Positions 16,176 to 26,084 of a DNA stretch of 64,000 nt are shown one piece after another. Each line of letters starts with the position of its first letter. Position 1 is the stretch's first letter. Both the position numbers and the translations under genes were made by a program. The notes under the pieces are model-generated. The model made no database searches. It had not been told where the DNA came from and worked only from the letters and a program-made list of their open reading frames with translations. This stretch comes from Nannocystis bainbridge (GTDB taxonomy: Bacteria; Myxococcota_A; Polyangia; Nannocystales; Nannocystaceae). The DNA lies in NCBI RefSeq assembly GCF_028368995.1, contig NZ_JAQNDL010000001.1, positions 1,696,001 through 1,760,000 of the forward strand, in the 5' to 3' direction.

Positions 16176-19103
16176 ATGACCGGCGAGGACGACAGCCTGC
16201 GCGCGACCCTCGTCGCCGCCGATCACCAGGCCGCGACCCTCGACTCGGGCCAGGTCGAGCGCCACGCGCCGCCGGGCGCGGGCACGCCGGTCGACAAGGA
16301 GATCGTCAAGCGGGCGCTGTTCCCCCGCCGCGGCGGGCCGGTGCGCATCGGTCGCTTCACCGTCCTGGGCCAGGTCGGCCGCGGGGCCATGGGCGTGGTC
16401 TACGCCTGCTACGACGACCTGCTCGACCGCAAGGTCGCGGTCAAGCTGCTCAAGCACGCCGCCGCCGGCGACTCGACCGCGGCCCAGGTCCGGCTGCTGC
16501 GCGAGGCCCAGGCGCTGGCCCGGCTCGACCACCCCAACGTGGTCAAGGTCCTCGACGTCGGCACCTTCGAAGATCGCGTCTACCTGGCCATGGAGTTCGT
16601 CGACGGCCAGACCCTCGCCGCCTGGCTGGCCGCCGCGCCGCGCACGTGGCGGGACATCCTCACGGTCGTGCTCGCGGCCGGCGAGGGCCTCGCCGCCGCC
16701 CACGCCAAGGGCCTGGTCCACCGCGACATCAAGCCCGACAACATCATGGTCGGCGGCGACGGGCGCGTGCGCCTGATGGACTTCGGGCTCGCGCGCGCCG
16801 AGGCCGGCGCCGCGCCCGACGAGCTCGCCGGCCCGGTCGCCTCGCTGTCGGTCACCCGCACCGGCGCGATCATGGGCACCCCGGCCTTCATGGCCCCCGA
16901 GCAATTCCTGGGCGAGGCGATCGACGCCCGCTCCGATCAGTTCGCCCTGTGCGCCACCGCCTGGGAGGCGCTCTACCAGCAGCGGCCGTTCGCCGGCGAG
17001 ACCCTGGCGACGCTGATGGCCAGCGTCACCGCCGGCGCCCTGACCCCGCCGCCGCGCGCGAGGGCGCCGCTGTGGCTGCGGCGGGTGCTGGAGCGCGGGC
17101 TCTCGCGCGCGCGCACGGCCCGCTACCCCGACACCCGGGCCCTGCTGCAGGCCCTGCGCGCCGACCCGACCCGCCGTCGGCGCGCGCTCGCGGCCGTCGC
17201 CGGCGCGCTCGCGCTCGCCTCCGCCGGCTTCGGCGCGGCCACCGTCGCCGAGCAGCGCACGATCGCCGGCTGCGAGGCCGCCGGCGCGGCCGTGTTCGCC
17301 GACTGGGGCCCCGGCGCGCGCGAGGCCCTCGCCGCGGCCTTCGTCGCCACCGGGGCCGACCACGCCGCCGCCACCTTCGAGCGCACCACGCCCTGGCTCG
17401 ATCGCTGGGCCGACGCCTGGCGCGACACCGCCGACGCCGCCTGCCGCGCCCACCGGCTCGAGAGCACCTGGGACGGCGAGCAGTACGGCCGCGCCGTCGA
17501 CTGCCTGGCCGAGGCCCGCAGCAACTTCGCCGCCCTCGTGCGCGAGCTCGGGCGCGCCGACGCGGCCAGCCTCACCGAGGCCACCGCCGCCGCCGCCGCG
17601 CTCGCCGGTCCCGAGCTGTGCGCCGACCCGGTTCACCTGCGCGAGCGGCCGATGCTGCGCTTCGACCAGCGCGACCAGGTCCTCGGCGTGCGCGACCAAC
17701 TCGCGCGCGCCGGCTCGCTCGCCGCCGCCGCCCGCTACGCCGAGGGCCTGCCGGTCGCGCGCGAGGCCCTGCACGCGGCCGCGGCGATCGGCTGGCCGGC
17801 GCTGATCGCCCAGGCCGAGCTGCGCGCCGCGGGCCTGGCCGAAGAGACAGGAGCTTACCCCGCCGCCGAGGCCGGCCTGCTGCGCGCCCTCGCGGCCGCG
17901 CGTGCGGCCCGATCGGCCCGTCTGGCCCTGCAGGCCAGCACCGAGCTGATCTACCTGGTCGGCTACCGCGGCTCGCGGCTGGCCGAGGCCAAGGTGTGGG
18001 CCGAGTCGGCGCGGACCCAGCTGGCCCTGCTCGCCGGCGCCCACCCGCTCGAGGAGGCCGGCATCGAGAGCAACCTCGCCGGCGTCCTCTACGTCGGCGG
18101 CGAGCATGCCGAGTCGGCGCGCCTGTACGCCCGCGTGCTCGCGGCCCGCGAGGCGGCTCTCGGCCCCGACCACCCGCGCGTCGCCGACAGCATCAACAAC
18201 CTCGCCAGCCTGCGCTACGTCGCCGGCGCCGTCGGCGACGCCTCGCGCCTCTACCACCGCTCGCTGGCGATCTACGAGCAGGTCCTGGGCGAGCACCACC
18301 CGCAGGTCGCGACCACCCTCAACAACCTCTCGCTGGTCCACGAGGCCACCGGCGCCTACGACCAGGCGATCGCCGCGCTGGCCCGGGCCCTGGCGATCCG
18401 CGAGGCCACCTTCGGCCGCGAGCACTCCCTGGTCGCCACCTCGCTGTGCAACCTGGCGCTCGTGTACGAGGCCACCGGCGCCTACGACGAGGCCACGCGG
18501 CTGTTCGGGCGCGCCCTGGCGATCCAGGAGAAGACCTTCGGCCCCGACCACCCGGTCGTCGCCGACACCCTGCACAACCTCGCCACCGTCCGCTACGACA
18601 CCCGCGACGACGCCGAGGCCACGCGCCTGTTGCAGCGCGCCCGCGCGATCTACGAGCGCACGCTCGGCCCGGACCACCCCTCGACGATCTCGAGCGTGGT
18701 CGGCCTCGGCCTCATCCTCAACGCCACCGGCGCCCACGCGGAGGCGCTCGAGCTGCTCGCCCGCGCCCTGCCCCGCCAGGAGCAAGCCCTGGGCCCCGAC
18801 CACCCCGCCGTGGCCCACACCCTGCTCGGCCGCGGCGAGGCGCTGACCGACCTGGGCCGCCCCGCCGAGGCCGTGCCCGAGCTCGAGCGGGCCCTGGCGA
18901 TCCGCAGCGCCACCGAGGTCCAGCCCGAGGAGCTCGCCGAGGCCCGCTTCGCCCTCGCACGCGCCCTTTGGAGCAGCGGCGCCGACCGCCCCCGCGCCCG
19001 CGCCCTGGCCGAACAAGCCGAGGCCCCCCTGGCCGCCGCCACCGGCCAGGGCGCGACCCACGCCCGCCTCCGCGAGTGGCTGGCCGCCCACCCGGCGCCT
19101 TGA
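16176..19103 (+). CDS. Ser/Thr protein kinase with TM segment and kinesin-light-chain-type TPR repeats
   Basis: GRGAMGVVY, HRDIKPDN, DFG and GTPAFMAPE motifs, then repeated LGPDHPxVAxxLNNLA. Confidence 0.94.
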   Translation: MTGEDDSLRATLVAADHQAATLDSGQVERHAPPGAGTPVDKEIVKRALFPRRGGPVRIGRFTVLGQVGRGAMGVVYACYDDLLDRKVAVKLLKHAAAGDSTAAQVRLLREAQALARLDHPNVVKVLDVGTFEDRVYLAMEFVDGQTLAAWLAAAPRTWRDILTVVLAAGEGLAAAHAKGLVHRDIKPDNIMVGGDGRVRLMDFGLARAEAGAAPDELAGPVASLSVTRTGAIMGTPAFMAPEQFLGEAIDARSDQFALCATAWEALYQQRPFAGETLATLMASVTAGALTPPPRARAPLWLRRVLERGLSRARTARYPDTRALLQALRADPTRRRRALAAVAGALALASAGFGAATVAEQRTIAGCEAAGAAVFADWGPGAREALAAAFVATGADHAAATFERTTPWLDRWADAWRDTADAACRAHRLESTWDGEQYGRAVDCLAEARSNFAALVRELGRADAASLTEATAAAAALAGPELCADPVHLRERPMLRFDQRDQVLGVRDQLARAGSLAAAARYAEGLPVAREALHAAAAIGWPALIAQAELRAAGLAEETGAYPAAEAGLLRALAAARAARSARLALQASTELIYLVGYRGSRLAEAKVWAESARTQLALLAGAHPLEEAGIESNLAGVLYVGGEHAESARLYARVLAAREAALGPDHPRVADSINNLASLRYVAGAVGDASRLYHRSLAIYEQVLGEHHPQVATTLNNLSLVHEATGAYDQAIAALARALAIREATFGREHSLVATSLCNLALVYEATGAYDEATRLFGRALAIQEKTFGPDHPVVADTLHNLATVRYDTRDDAEATRLLQRARAIYERTLGPDHPSTISSVVGLGLILNATGAHAEALELLARALPRQEQALGPDHPAVAHTLLGRGEALTDLGRPAEAVPELERALAIRSATEVQPEELAEARFALARALWSSGADRPRARALAEQAEAPLAAATGQGATHARLREWLAAHPAP

Positions 19104-19115
19104 TTTCTCCTCGGC

Positions 19116-19221
19116 TCGCGTGTCGTCGAGGACATGTCCATAAGAACATGTCCTTCACGACATTTTCTTTTGGACATTCCCTCAAAGACATCTCCATTCG
19201 AGCACGTCCTAAAGATCACTC
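19116..19221. repeat. 14-bp-phased RRACATGTYY palindrome array (7-8 units)
   Basis: Cores at 19119, 19133, 19147, 19161, 19175, 19189, 19203 and weakly 19217, starting just after the kinase stop. Confidence 0.9.
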
Positions 19222-19524
19222 GCCCAGCGCCCGCGCCATCTCGAAGGCGCATCCCCGCGAGGACGTGGCCACTGCCCCAGCATCGAGCCGCGCCGCGCAC
19301 GACAGCCAGCGACCACGCAGTGGGATGCATCCCCGCGACGACATTGGCTCGCTCGTCCGCGACGCCTCGACGCTGAGGATTCCATGCCCGCGCCGTCGCT
19401 CGAACCCGCATGTCCGCAGCCCGGCCGCGCGAGCCCGCCTCGTCCCCGTCGTGCGCGACGCTGGGCCTCGTCGTCCGTCGCCGCGGCTTGCGCGGCCCTG
19501 GCGATCGCTGTAGACGGAGCCTCC

Positions 19525-20658
19525 ATGGCCCCCCGCCACTGCCTCGCCCTCCTGCTCCTCCTCGGCCCCGCCTGCGGCGACGACGGCCCCGAGCTGACCG
19601 GCGCCGTCGATCCCAGCGCCACCGGCACGCCCTCGACCACGCCCGGCCCCTCGACCACGCCCGGCGGCACCACCGACGACGACCCCACCGAGGGCACGGA
19701 CAGCGACGGTGAGCCCACGACCGGCCCCGGCACCACCGACGAAGGCACCACCGGCGAGCCCGGCACCGGCGAGGCCACCACCAGCAGCGAGACCGGCGAG
19801 CCGGCCGCGACCGCCCCGCTCGTCGCCTACCTCACCCGCAACGCCGCCGGCCAGACCCACCCCGAGGACGTGCCCGAGGAGGCCGACCTCTGCCCCGCCG
19901 GCTGGACCCACCTCGGCGGCTCGAGCTTCAGCGCCGTGTGCCTGCTCGACGCGCCCGGCACCATCGTCAACGTCACCCGCAACGCCGCCGGCCAGTTCTA
20001 TCCCGAGGACGTGCCCGAGGAGGCCGACCTCTGCCCCGCCGGCTGGACCTACCTCGGCGGCACCGGCTTCAACGCCGTCTGCATGACCGACCAGCGGCTC
20101 ACCGTCGCCTATCTCACCCGCAACGCCGCCGGCCAGTTCTACCCCGAAGACGTGCCCGAGGAGGCCGACCTCTGTCCCGCCGGCTGGGACTACCTCGGCG
20201 GCTCCGGCTTCGCCGCCGCCTGCAGCACCGCCGAGGCGCGCTCGATCGTCAACGTCACCCGCAACGTTGACGGCCAGTTCTACCCGGAGGACGTGCCCGA
20301 GGAGGCCGACCTCTGCCCCGCCGGCTGGGACCACCTCGGCGGCACCGGCTTCAACGCCGTGTGCGCCGGCGACGAGGGCCTCGCCCTCGCCTACCTCACC
20401 CGCGACGCCGAGGGCCAGACCTACCCCGAAGACGTGGCCGAGGAGGCCCAGATCTGCCCCGCCGGCTGGGACTACCGCGGCGGCTCCGGCTTCGCCGCCG
20501 CCTGCTCGCAGGCCAGCGCGTCGGCGATCGCCAACCTCACCCGCAACGCGGCCGGCCAGACCTACCCCGAGGACGTGGCCCAGGAGGCCCAGATCTGCCC
20601 CGCCGGCTGGACCCACCTCGGCGGCAGCAGCTTCGCCGCCGTCTGCCAGCAGCCCTGA
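19525..20658 (+). CDS. Lipoprotein with six 47-aa Cys-pair repeats
   Basis: GGAG RBS, lipobox GPAC, Thr-rich linker, then 6 x (LTRNAAGQxYPEDVPEEADLCPAGWxxLGGxxFxAxC) with a 141-bp period. Confidence 0.85.
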   Translation: MAPRHCLALLLLLGPACGDDGPELTGAVDPSATGTPSTTPGPSTTPGGTTDDDPTEGTDSDGEPTTGPGTTDEGTTGEPGTGEATTSSETGEPAATAPLVAYLTRNAAGQTHPEDVPEEADLCPAGWTHLGGSSFSAVCLLDAPGTIVNVTRNAAGQFYPEDVPEEADLCPAGWTYLGGTGFNAVCMTDQRLTVAYLTRNAAGQFYPEDVPEEADLCPAGWDYLGGSGFAAACSTAEARSIVNVTRNVDGQFYPEDVPEEADLCPAGWDHLGGTGFNAVCAGDEGLALAYLTRDAEGQTYPEDVAEEAQICPAGWDYRGGSGFAAACSQASASAIANLTRNAAGQTYPEDVAQEAQICPAGWTHLGGSSFAAVCQQP

Positions 20659-20662
20659 ATCA

Positions 20663-20743
20663 TCGCGTGCGCCTTCGGACATGCTCGAAAAAGCATGTCC
20701 GAAAGCACATTGTCCCGAAGACATGTCTTTTCAGGCATGTCCT
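20663..20743. repeat. 14-bp-phased RRACATGTYY palindrome array (6 units)
   Basis: Cores at 20666, 20680, 20694, 20708, 20722 and 20736. Confidence 0.9.
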
Positions 20744-20822
20744 TTTATTCCCGAGCAATCGGCGCCTGGCCCACCGCCCCGGCCATCGGCCTCAGCTCCG
20801 CGACCGCGCTCACGCCGGGCCA

Positions 20823-21148
20823 CGCCCGGCGACCCTGGAGCCTCCGAGCGTGCATAACCTCGACCGCGCTGACCCAGCGACGCGCACACGGGCGTCCGCG
20901 TCGAGCGCCCGCTTGATGGCGACGACCTCGACCTGTCGCATTCCCGCCCGGCGACCCTGGAGCCTCCGAGCTCGCATGCCCCGATCGCGCTGGCCCACCG
21001 ACGCGCCCACGGGCGTCCGCGTCGAGCGCCCGCCGCATGGCGACGAGCTCGCCGGCCACGACCTGTAGCGTTCCGCCGCCCGACGACACTGGAGCCTTCG
21101 AGCTCGCATGCCCCCGACCCGCGCCTGGCCCACCGACCTGCACGCACA
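20823..21148. repeat. Intergenic tandem repeat, about 2.5 copies of a 120-130-bp unit
   Basis: CGCCCGGCGACCCTGGAGCCTCCGAGC...GGGCGTCCGCGTCGAGCGCCCGC recurs at about 20823, 20945 and 21077 (partial). Confidence 0.8.
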
Positions 21149-21357
21149 CCTGACGGACGGCCTGCGGGCGCCCGCCTTCCCGTGACGCGGCGCCCGCGCG
21201 GTCCGGCGTGGGCGCGCCGGACCGCGCGGGCCGAGGATGCCGCGCGCCGCCGCCACCGGCCTGCCGCCTCGCCTCGCCGCGGCTCCAGAGCCCCCACGAA
21301 AAATTTCTCCGCCCTCGTGTAGGGTTCTTTCGGCTGGCGACACTCGAGCCCTGCAGG

Positions 21358-22533
21358 ATGAACGAACTGCTGCTCATCGACCTCACCGCCTGGATCGGCG
21401 AGAAGCTCTTACTGCTCGTGCTGGGGCTGGGGCTGCTCACCATGTTGGTGATGCCGGCGATGCGGCTGTCGGCGCTGGCGGTCGGCACGGCGCGCTGGCT
21501 GGCGCTGGCCGTGCCGCGGCTGCTGCGGCGCCGCGCCCTCGCCGGCGAGCCGTCGCGGCCGCTGCAGCTCGGCGGCCTCTCGGGCCCGCTCGCGCGGCTG
21601 ATCCGCCAGACCCGCACCCTCGCGCTCGAGCTGCGCCGCTCGAGCGACGCCGCCGTCGACTGGCCCGTCGAGCCGGCCCAGCCCGATCCGCCGCGCAGCG
21701 GCTGGCGCGAGCTGCTGCTCGGGGTCGCCGACGCCAACGCCCCGCTCACGGCGATCCGCGGCGACGTATTCGCCTGGATCGGCACGGTCGAGGCCATGTC
21801 GGCCAGCGATCGCCAGCTGCTGGTCGGGCTCGGCGTCGAAGTCGAAGCGGTCCGCCGCGCGCTGACCGACGAGGGCGCGCCGGTCGAGATCGTGCGGGCC
21901 CTCGCCGGCCTGCTGTGGAGCATCGACGAGCGGCTCGCCACCGTCGGCGCGTTCGGCTATCGCGGCACCAGCGTCGTCCAGGCCGCGCTGCCGGGCACGA
22001 GCGCGCGGGCGCTGACGACCGGCGGCGACGAGGACGAAACCCGGGCCCGCCGCGGGCGCTGGGCCGGGACGGTGGCCGAGCACGGCCCCGGGCTGTCGCA
22101 GATGGCCGCCAGCTACTCGCGCGGCGCGGCCGACCGCGCCGACCTCGAGCAGGACATCGCCCTCGCGCTGTGGCGCGCGCTGCCGCTGTTCCGCGGCGAG
22201 TCGTCGCTCAAGACTTTTGCTTATCGGGTCGCCCGCTACTGTTGTTTCCGCCACGTCCGCCGGCGCAAGGACTTCGACGCGAGCGTCGACCCGGCCAGCG
22301 TCGCCGACCCGGCCGCCAGCATCGAGTCGGCGATGCTGCGCGCCGACCAGCGCGCCCGCATCGAGCAGGCATTGACCGACCTGCCCGACAACCTCGAGTC
22401 GGTGATGACGCTGCACCTCTCCGGCCAGTCGTACGCGCAGATCGCCGAGACCCTCGGCATCACCGAGCGCAACGTCTCGGTCCGCCTGTCCCGCGCCCGC
22501 GCCCGCCTGCGCCGCCAGCTCGTCGCCGCCTGA
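21358..22533 (+). CDS. ECF (sigma-70 group 4) sigma factor with a long N-terminal membrane-anchored extension
   Basis: C-terminal region 2 (DLEQDIALALWRALPLFRGESSLKTFAYRVA) and region 4 (SYAQIAETLGITERNVSVRLSRAR). The N-terminus carries a hydrophobic helix. Confidence 0.85.
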   Translation: MNELLLIDLTAWIGEKLLLLVLGLGLLTMLVMPAMRLSALAVGTARWLALAVPRLLRRRALAGEPSRPLQLGGLSGPLARLIRQTRTLALELRRSSDAAVDWPVEPAQPDPPRSGWRELLLGVADANAPLTAIRGDVFAWIGTVEAMSASDRQLLVGLGVEVEAVRRALTDEGAPVEIVRALAGLLWSIDERLATVGAFGYRGTSVVQAALPGTSARALTTGGDEDETRARRGRWAGTVAEHGPGLSQMAASYSRGAADRADLEQDIALALWRALPLFRGESSLKTFAYRVARYCCFRHVRRRKDFDASVDPASVADPAASIESAMLRADQRARIEQALTDLPDNLESVMTLHLSGQSYAQIAETLGITERNVSVRLSRARARLRRQLVAA

Positions 22534-22534
22534 G

Positions 22535-22676
22535 CGCGAGCGCTGCGTCGCCCGCTCGGCGCAGCGCTGCGTCACCTGCTCGGCGCGCTGCACGAGCGCA
22601 GCGCAGCGTCACCCGCTCGTCGCCGCCCGAGCGCGGCCCGGCGCAGCGCCGCCCGCTCGTCGCCGCCCGAGCGCGA
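22535..22676. repeat. REP-like GC-rich palindromic repeats between convergent genes
   Basis: Repeated GCGCAGCGCTGCGTC-CCCGCTCG units and CCGCTCGTCGCCGCCCGAGCGCG x2. Confidence 0.5.
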
Positions 22677-24614
22677 TCAGAACGCCGCCTCCATCTCGAC
22701 CAGCCGCTCCTCGAAGTCCATCTGCTTGCGCGGCGCCGCGGGGCTCGGTGAGGCCGTCTCCTGCATCTGCTTGCGCTTCACGTCGAGCACCAGCGACGGC
22801 GGATACTCGACCTGATACGAGACCCGGAACGAGCGCTCCTCGCGGGCCGCGAGCGTCACCGTCCAGCGCACGATGCCCTTGACGTCGGCCTTCTCGCTCG
22901 GTCCAATGCGCACGTTGCTGACCCGCACGTCGCTGTTCTCCGCCACCGGGATGCGCTCGGCCAGCACCACCGTGACCGGCCGCTCCGACAGGTTGCGCGC
23001 CTTGCTGACGAACGACAGCTGCATGCGGTTGCGGGCGTTGCGTTGCAGCGAGCTCTGATGCCGGTCGAGCTCGCGCGCCAGCTTGACCTGATCGGCGACG
23101 CTGAAGAACAGCGAGAAGTCCTCGTCCCGGGCCACGAAGTCGATATCGGTCATGCCGAGGAACGCCCCGTCCTGGTAGCGGGCGACCCCGCCGGGCAGCA
23201 GCGCCTGCTCGGTCTTGTTGGTCATCTCGAGCGTGACCGCGGCGTTGAGTGATTCTTCGGGCGCGGCGATGATGCGGCGCTGGGCCTTGATCCGGCTGCT
23301 GCCGATGCGGACCCGGATCGATCTCCCGTCGGACCTGGCGATCACCGGGTCGCGGGCGACGAAGTGAGCCGTCGTCCCGCGCGTCTGCAGGCCCGCGAAG
23401 ATCTCGACCGTCTTGCTCTGCACCCGCTCCAGCAGCGCCAGGTTGCTCGAGTACGAGCGCTCGAACTGCTCGACCTCCGAGATGCGCTTCGCGGCCGCCT
23501 GGTTCATGCGGTTCCAGTGCACGTTCTGCTCGGCGAACTTCTGCTGCGCCGTGGTGAACGAAGTCAGCTCCCGCGTCACGCTGCGCGACACCTCCGGGCC
23601 CTTGCCCAGCGCCAGCATCTCGAGCTCCGGGATCCGCTCGCTGTCGGACGACGACTGGGTCGAGAACGACAGCTCCGCGTGACTCCAGTCCTCGCCCGTC
23701 GTCTGCGTGACCACGGCGAACGACGTCAGCTCCACCGCCTCGGGGTCGCTCGCGCCCGACCGCACCTCGTGCATCGGCTCCCACGTCGCCCCGGGCGTCG
23801 CGTAGGTCAGCGTCAACGTCGCCTCGCCCGCCGCGCTGCCCTGCACCGTCACCAGCACCATCGTCTCCTCGAGCCGGGTCAGGCGGCTCAGCTCCTCGAG
23901 GTTGCGCGCGCTGGCCTCGACGTCGGGCGCCAGCAGCTCGCGCGCGGCCCGGGCGTCGCGCCGCGACGACGCGGTCTTGCGCAGCGTGCCGGACACGAAC
24001 TCGATGACCTCGCCGTAGCTGTCGACCTTGATCTCGCGCTTGACCCCGTCGTCGCCGAGCTTCTCGAGCGAGAACACCTTGATGGACTCGACGTGCTTCT
24101 GCTGGGCGTCGAGGATCGCCAGCTCGTCGTCGAGCGCTTGCAACTTCTGCAGCAGCTCCTTGTGCCGCAGCTCGGCCTTGCGGAACCCCTCGTCGGTCGA
24201 GCGGGCCAGAAACCGCCGCTCGACGCTCACGTCGACGATCTTGCCGGCGCTGGTCGAGGCCCGCACCGAGCCCTCGTCGACCCACCCCGGCAGCTTCTTG
24301 AACCGAAACACCTTGGGCTCGTTCGTCAAGCTCACGCGGGCGTCGCGGCTGACCAGGGCGCGGTCCGAATACACGGTGACCCGGCCGATGCGCGAGGTCA
24401 CCCCGCGCTCCGCGGGGTCCTCGGGCCCGTCGGCGACCGCCGCCGCGAGGGCGAACACGGGCGGCGGGGGCTCCTCCGGCCGGCCCTTCGAGGGGACCGC
24501 GGCCCGGGTGGCGCACCCGGCGACGAGCGTAAAAAGGACGGTGAACGACTTCCAGACGAAGGGCCGCGGCAAAGTGGTCGATTGTACGTCGGACGGCCCC
24601 CGCCGATCTGCCAC
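22677..24614 (-). CDS. DUF4139/DUF4140 (mucoidy inhibitor MuiA-like) lipoprotein
   Basis: RIGRVTVYSDRALVSR and VTQTTGEDW..AELSFST motifs, a C-terminal GIVRWTVTL...VSYQVEYP, and lipobox VAGC. Confidence 0.85.
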   Translation of the reverse strand: MADRRGPSDVQSTTLPRPFVWKSFTVLFTLVAGCATRAAVPSKGRPEEPPPPVFALAAAVADGPEDPAERGVTSRIGRVTVYSDRALVSRDARVSLTNEPKVFRFKKLPGWVDEGSVRASTSAGKIVDVSVERRFLARSTDEGFRKAELRHKELLQKLQALDDELAILDAQQKHVESIKVFSLEKLGDDGVKREIKVDSYGEVIEFVSGTLRKTASSRRDARAARELLAPDVEASARNLEELSRLTRLEETMVLVTVQGSAAGEATLTLTYATPGATWEPMHEVRSGASDPEAVELTSFAVVTQTTGEDWSHAELSFSTQSSSDSERIPELEMLALGKGPEVSRSVTRELTSFTTAQQKFAEQNVHWNRMNQAAAKRISEVEQFERSYSSNLALLERVQSKTVEIFAGLQTRGTTAHFVARDPVIARSDGRSIRVRIGSSRIKAQRRIIAAPEESLNAAVTLEMTNKTEQALLPGGVARYQDGAFLGMTDIDFVARDEDFSLFFSVADQVKLARELDRHQSSLQRNARNRMQLSFVSKARNLSERPVTVVLAERIPVAENSDVRVSNVRIGPSEKADVKGIVRWTVTLAAREERSFRVSYQVEYPPSLVLDVKRKQMQETASPSPAAPRKQMDFEERLVEMEAAF

Positions 24615-24642
24615 CCCCGACGCGCGCCCCCGCTCGCCCCGC

Positions 24643-25728
24643 TCAGAGCTTCACGGTCGGCGGGACGATCAGCGGCACCGGCTCGGGCGCAGCCACGATC
24701 ACGTCCGGGTGGCGGAACGCCTCGAACAGCGACAGCGCCACCGCGATCACCACCGGCCCGAGGACGATGCCGACGAACCCGAACAGCCGCAGCCCGCCCA
24801 GCACCGCGAAGAAGATCAGCAGCTCGTGGAGCTCGGTCCGCTTGCCGACCAGGCGCGGGCGCAAAAAGTTGTCGATGAGGCCGATGGCGAAGATGCCCCA
24901 CACCGTGAGGAGGATCGCCTTGATCCAAGCGCCCTGGATCGCCAGGTAGATCGCCGCGGGTACCCAGACCAGGAACGCGCCGATCAGCGACATGAAGATC
25001 ATCACCACGCCCCACAGCAGCGCCGAGGGCACGCCCAGGACCCAAAACGCCAGCCCACCGAGCGTGCCCTGGATCGCGGCGACCACCAGACCGCCGTAGA
25101 TGCTCGCGGCCACGACCTCGCGCACGCGCAGCAGCAGCGCCCGCGTCGGCTGGTTGCGCAGCGGGATCGCCGTCGCCAGCGCGTCGCGGATCGTCAGGCC
25201 GTCGCGGAAGAAATAGAACATCACGAACAGCGCCAGCAGCGAGCCGACCAGCATCGTCGCGGCGTTCTGCACCACGTACAGCATGCGCGTCGCCAGCTCG
25301 CCGCCGAGGGTGCTCAGGTACTCGGTGACCTGGACCCGGATGTGCAGGACGTCCATGCGCTCGTTGAGCCAGCGGACGGCGGAGCCGGTGGTGGCCGACG
25401 ACGGATCGGTCAAGCTCGCCACTGCCCCCTGCAGGCTGCTGACGGCCGGGCCGATCTCGCGGAACATCGCCCAGCCGATCAGCGCCAGCGGCAGGCCGAT
25501 CAGCAGGACCACGATCAGGCACGCCAGCAGCGCGCTGAGGTTGGGCCGCCGCGTCCGTTGCAAGATCCGCCGATGCACCGGCTCGAGCGTGATCGTGAGC
25601 ACGCTGGCCCACGCCAGCACGTCGATGAACGGCACGAGCATCAGCCAGCACAAATAAAGCGTGCCGCTCAGGGCGGCGACGAGGATGATCCAGCGGGCCT
25701 TCTCGCGGTTGTCGATCGAGTTGTTCAT
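24643..25728 (-). CDS. AI-2E family transporter
   Basis: Multi-TM protein with IDNFLRPRLVG...LLIFFAVLGGL..FGFVGIVLGP. Start taken at MNNSID. Confidence 0.9.
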   Translation of the reverse strand: MNNSIDNREKARWIILVAALSGTLYLCWLMLVPFIDVLAWASVLTITLEPVHRRILQRTRRPNLSALLACLIVVLLIGLPLALIGWAMFREIGPAVSSLQGAVASLTDPSSATTGSAVRWLNERMDVLHIRVQVTEYLSTLGGELATRMLYVVQNAATMLVGSLLALFVMFYFFRDGLTIRDALATAIPLRNQPTRALLLRVREVVAASIYGGLVVAAIQGTLGGLAFWVLGVPSALLWGVVMIFMSLIGAFLVWVPAAIYLAIQGAWIKAILLTVWGIFAIGLIDNFLRPRLVGKRTELHELLIFFAVLGGLRLFGFVGIVLGPVVIAVALSLFEAFRHPDVIVAAPEPVPLIVPPTVKL

Positions 25729-26084
25729 CGTCGGGTGTCTGGCGGGGGGCGCGTCGCCAGGTCTCGCCTCGACCATCACCGTGATCGCGGTTGCACAAGT
25801 GCTCGCTCCGCCTAGCATCCACCCACGCGCCAGGAGCCCCGCGTCGGCCCACCCGCGCGCCGCCGGTCGGGGCTTGAAGTGGCGCCCCGGCCCGTCCGCG
25901 CACATCGCGGCGAGGCGAAGCCCGCGCTCCCGTCCCCGCGGCGTGCTCGACGACGTCGGCCCGCCCCGCGCCGGAGACCGGCGTTCGTGGCGACCGGCCC
26001 GCGGCGCCGATCGGGTCGCCCCTGGCCGACCCCGGCGACGGCGGGGCGTCTCCACTCGCCAGCCGCGCCGGCGACTGCCATCCA

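Noticed and set aside
19820-20655. 141-bp and 165-bp (9443-10600) DNA periodicities as non-coding repeat arrays
   Set aside because: Both are in-frame protein repeats with synonymous variation.
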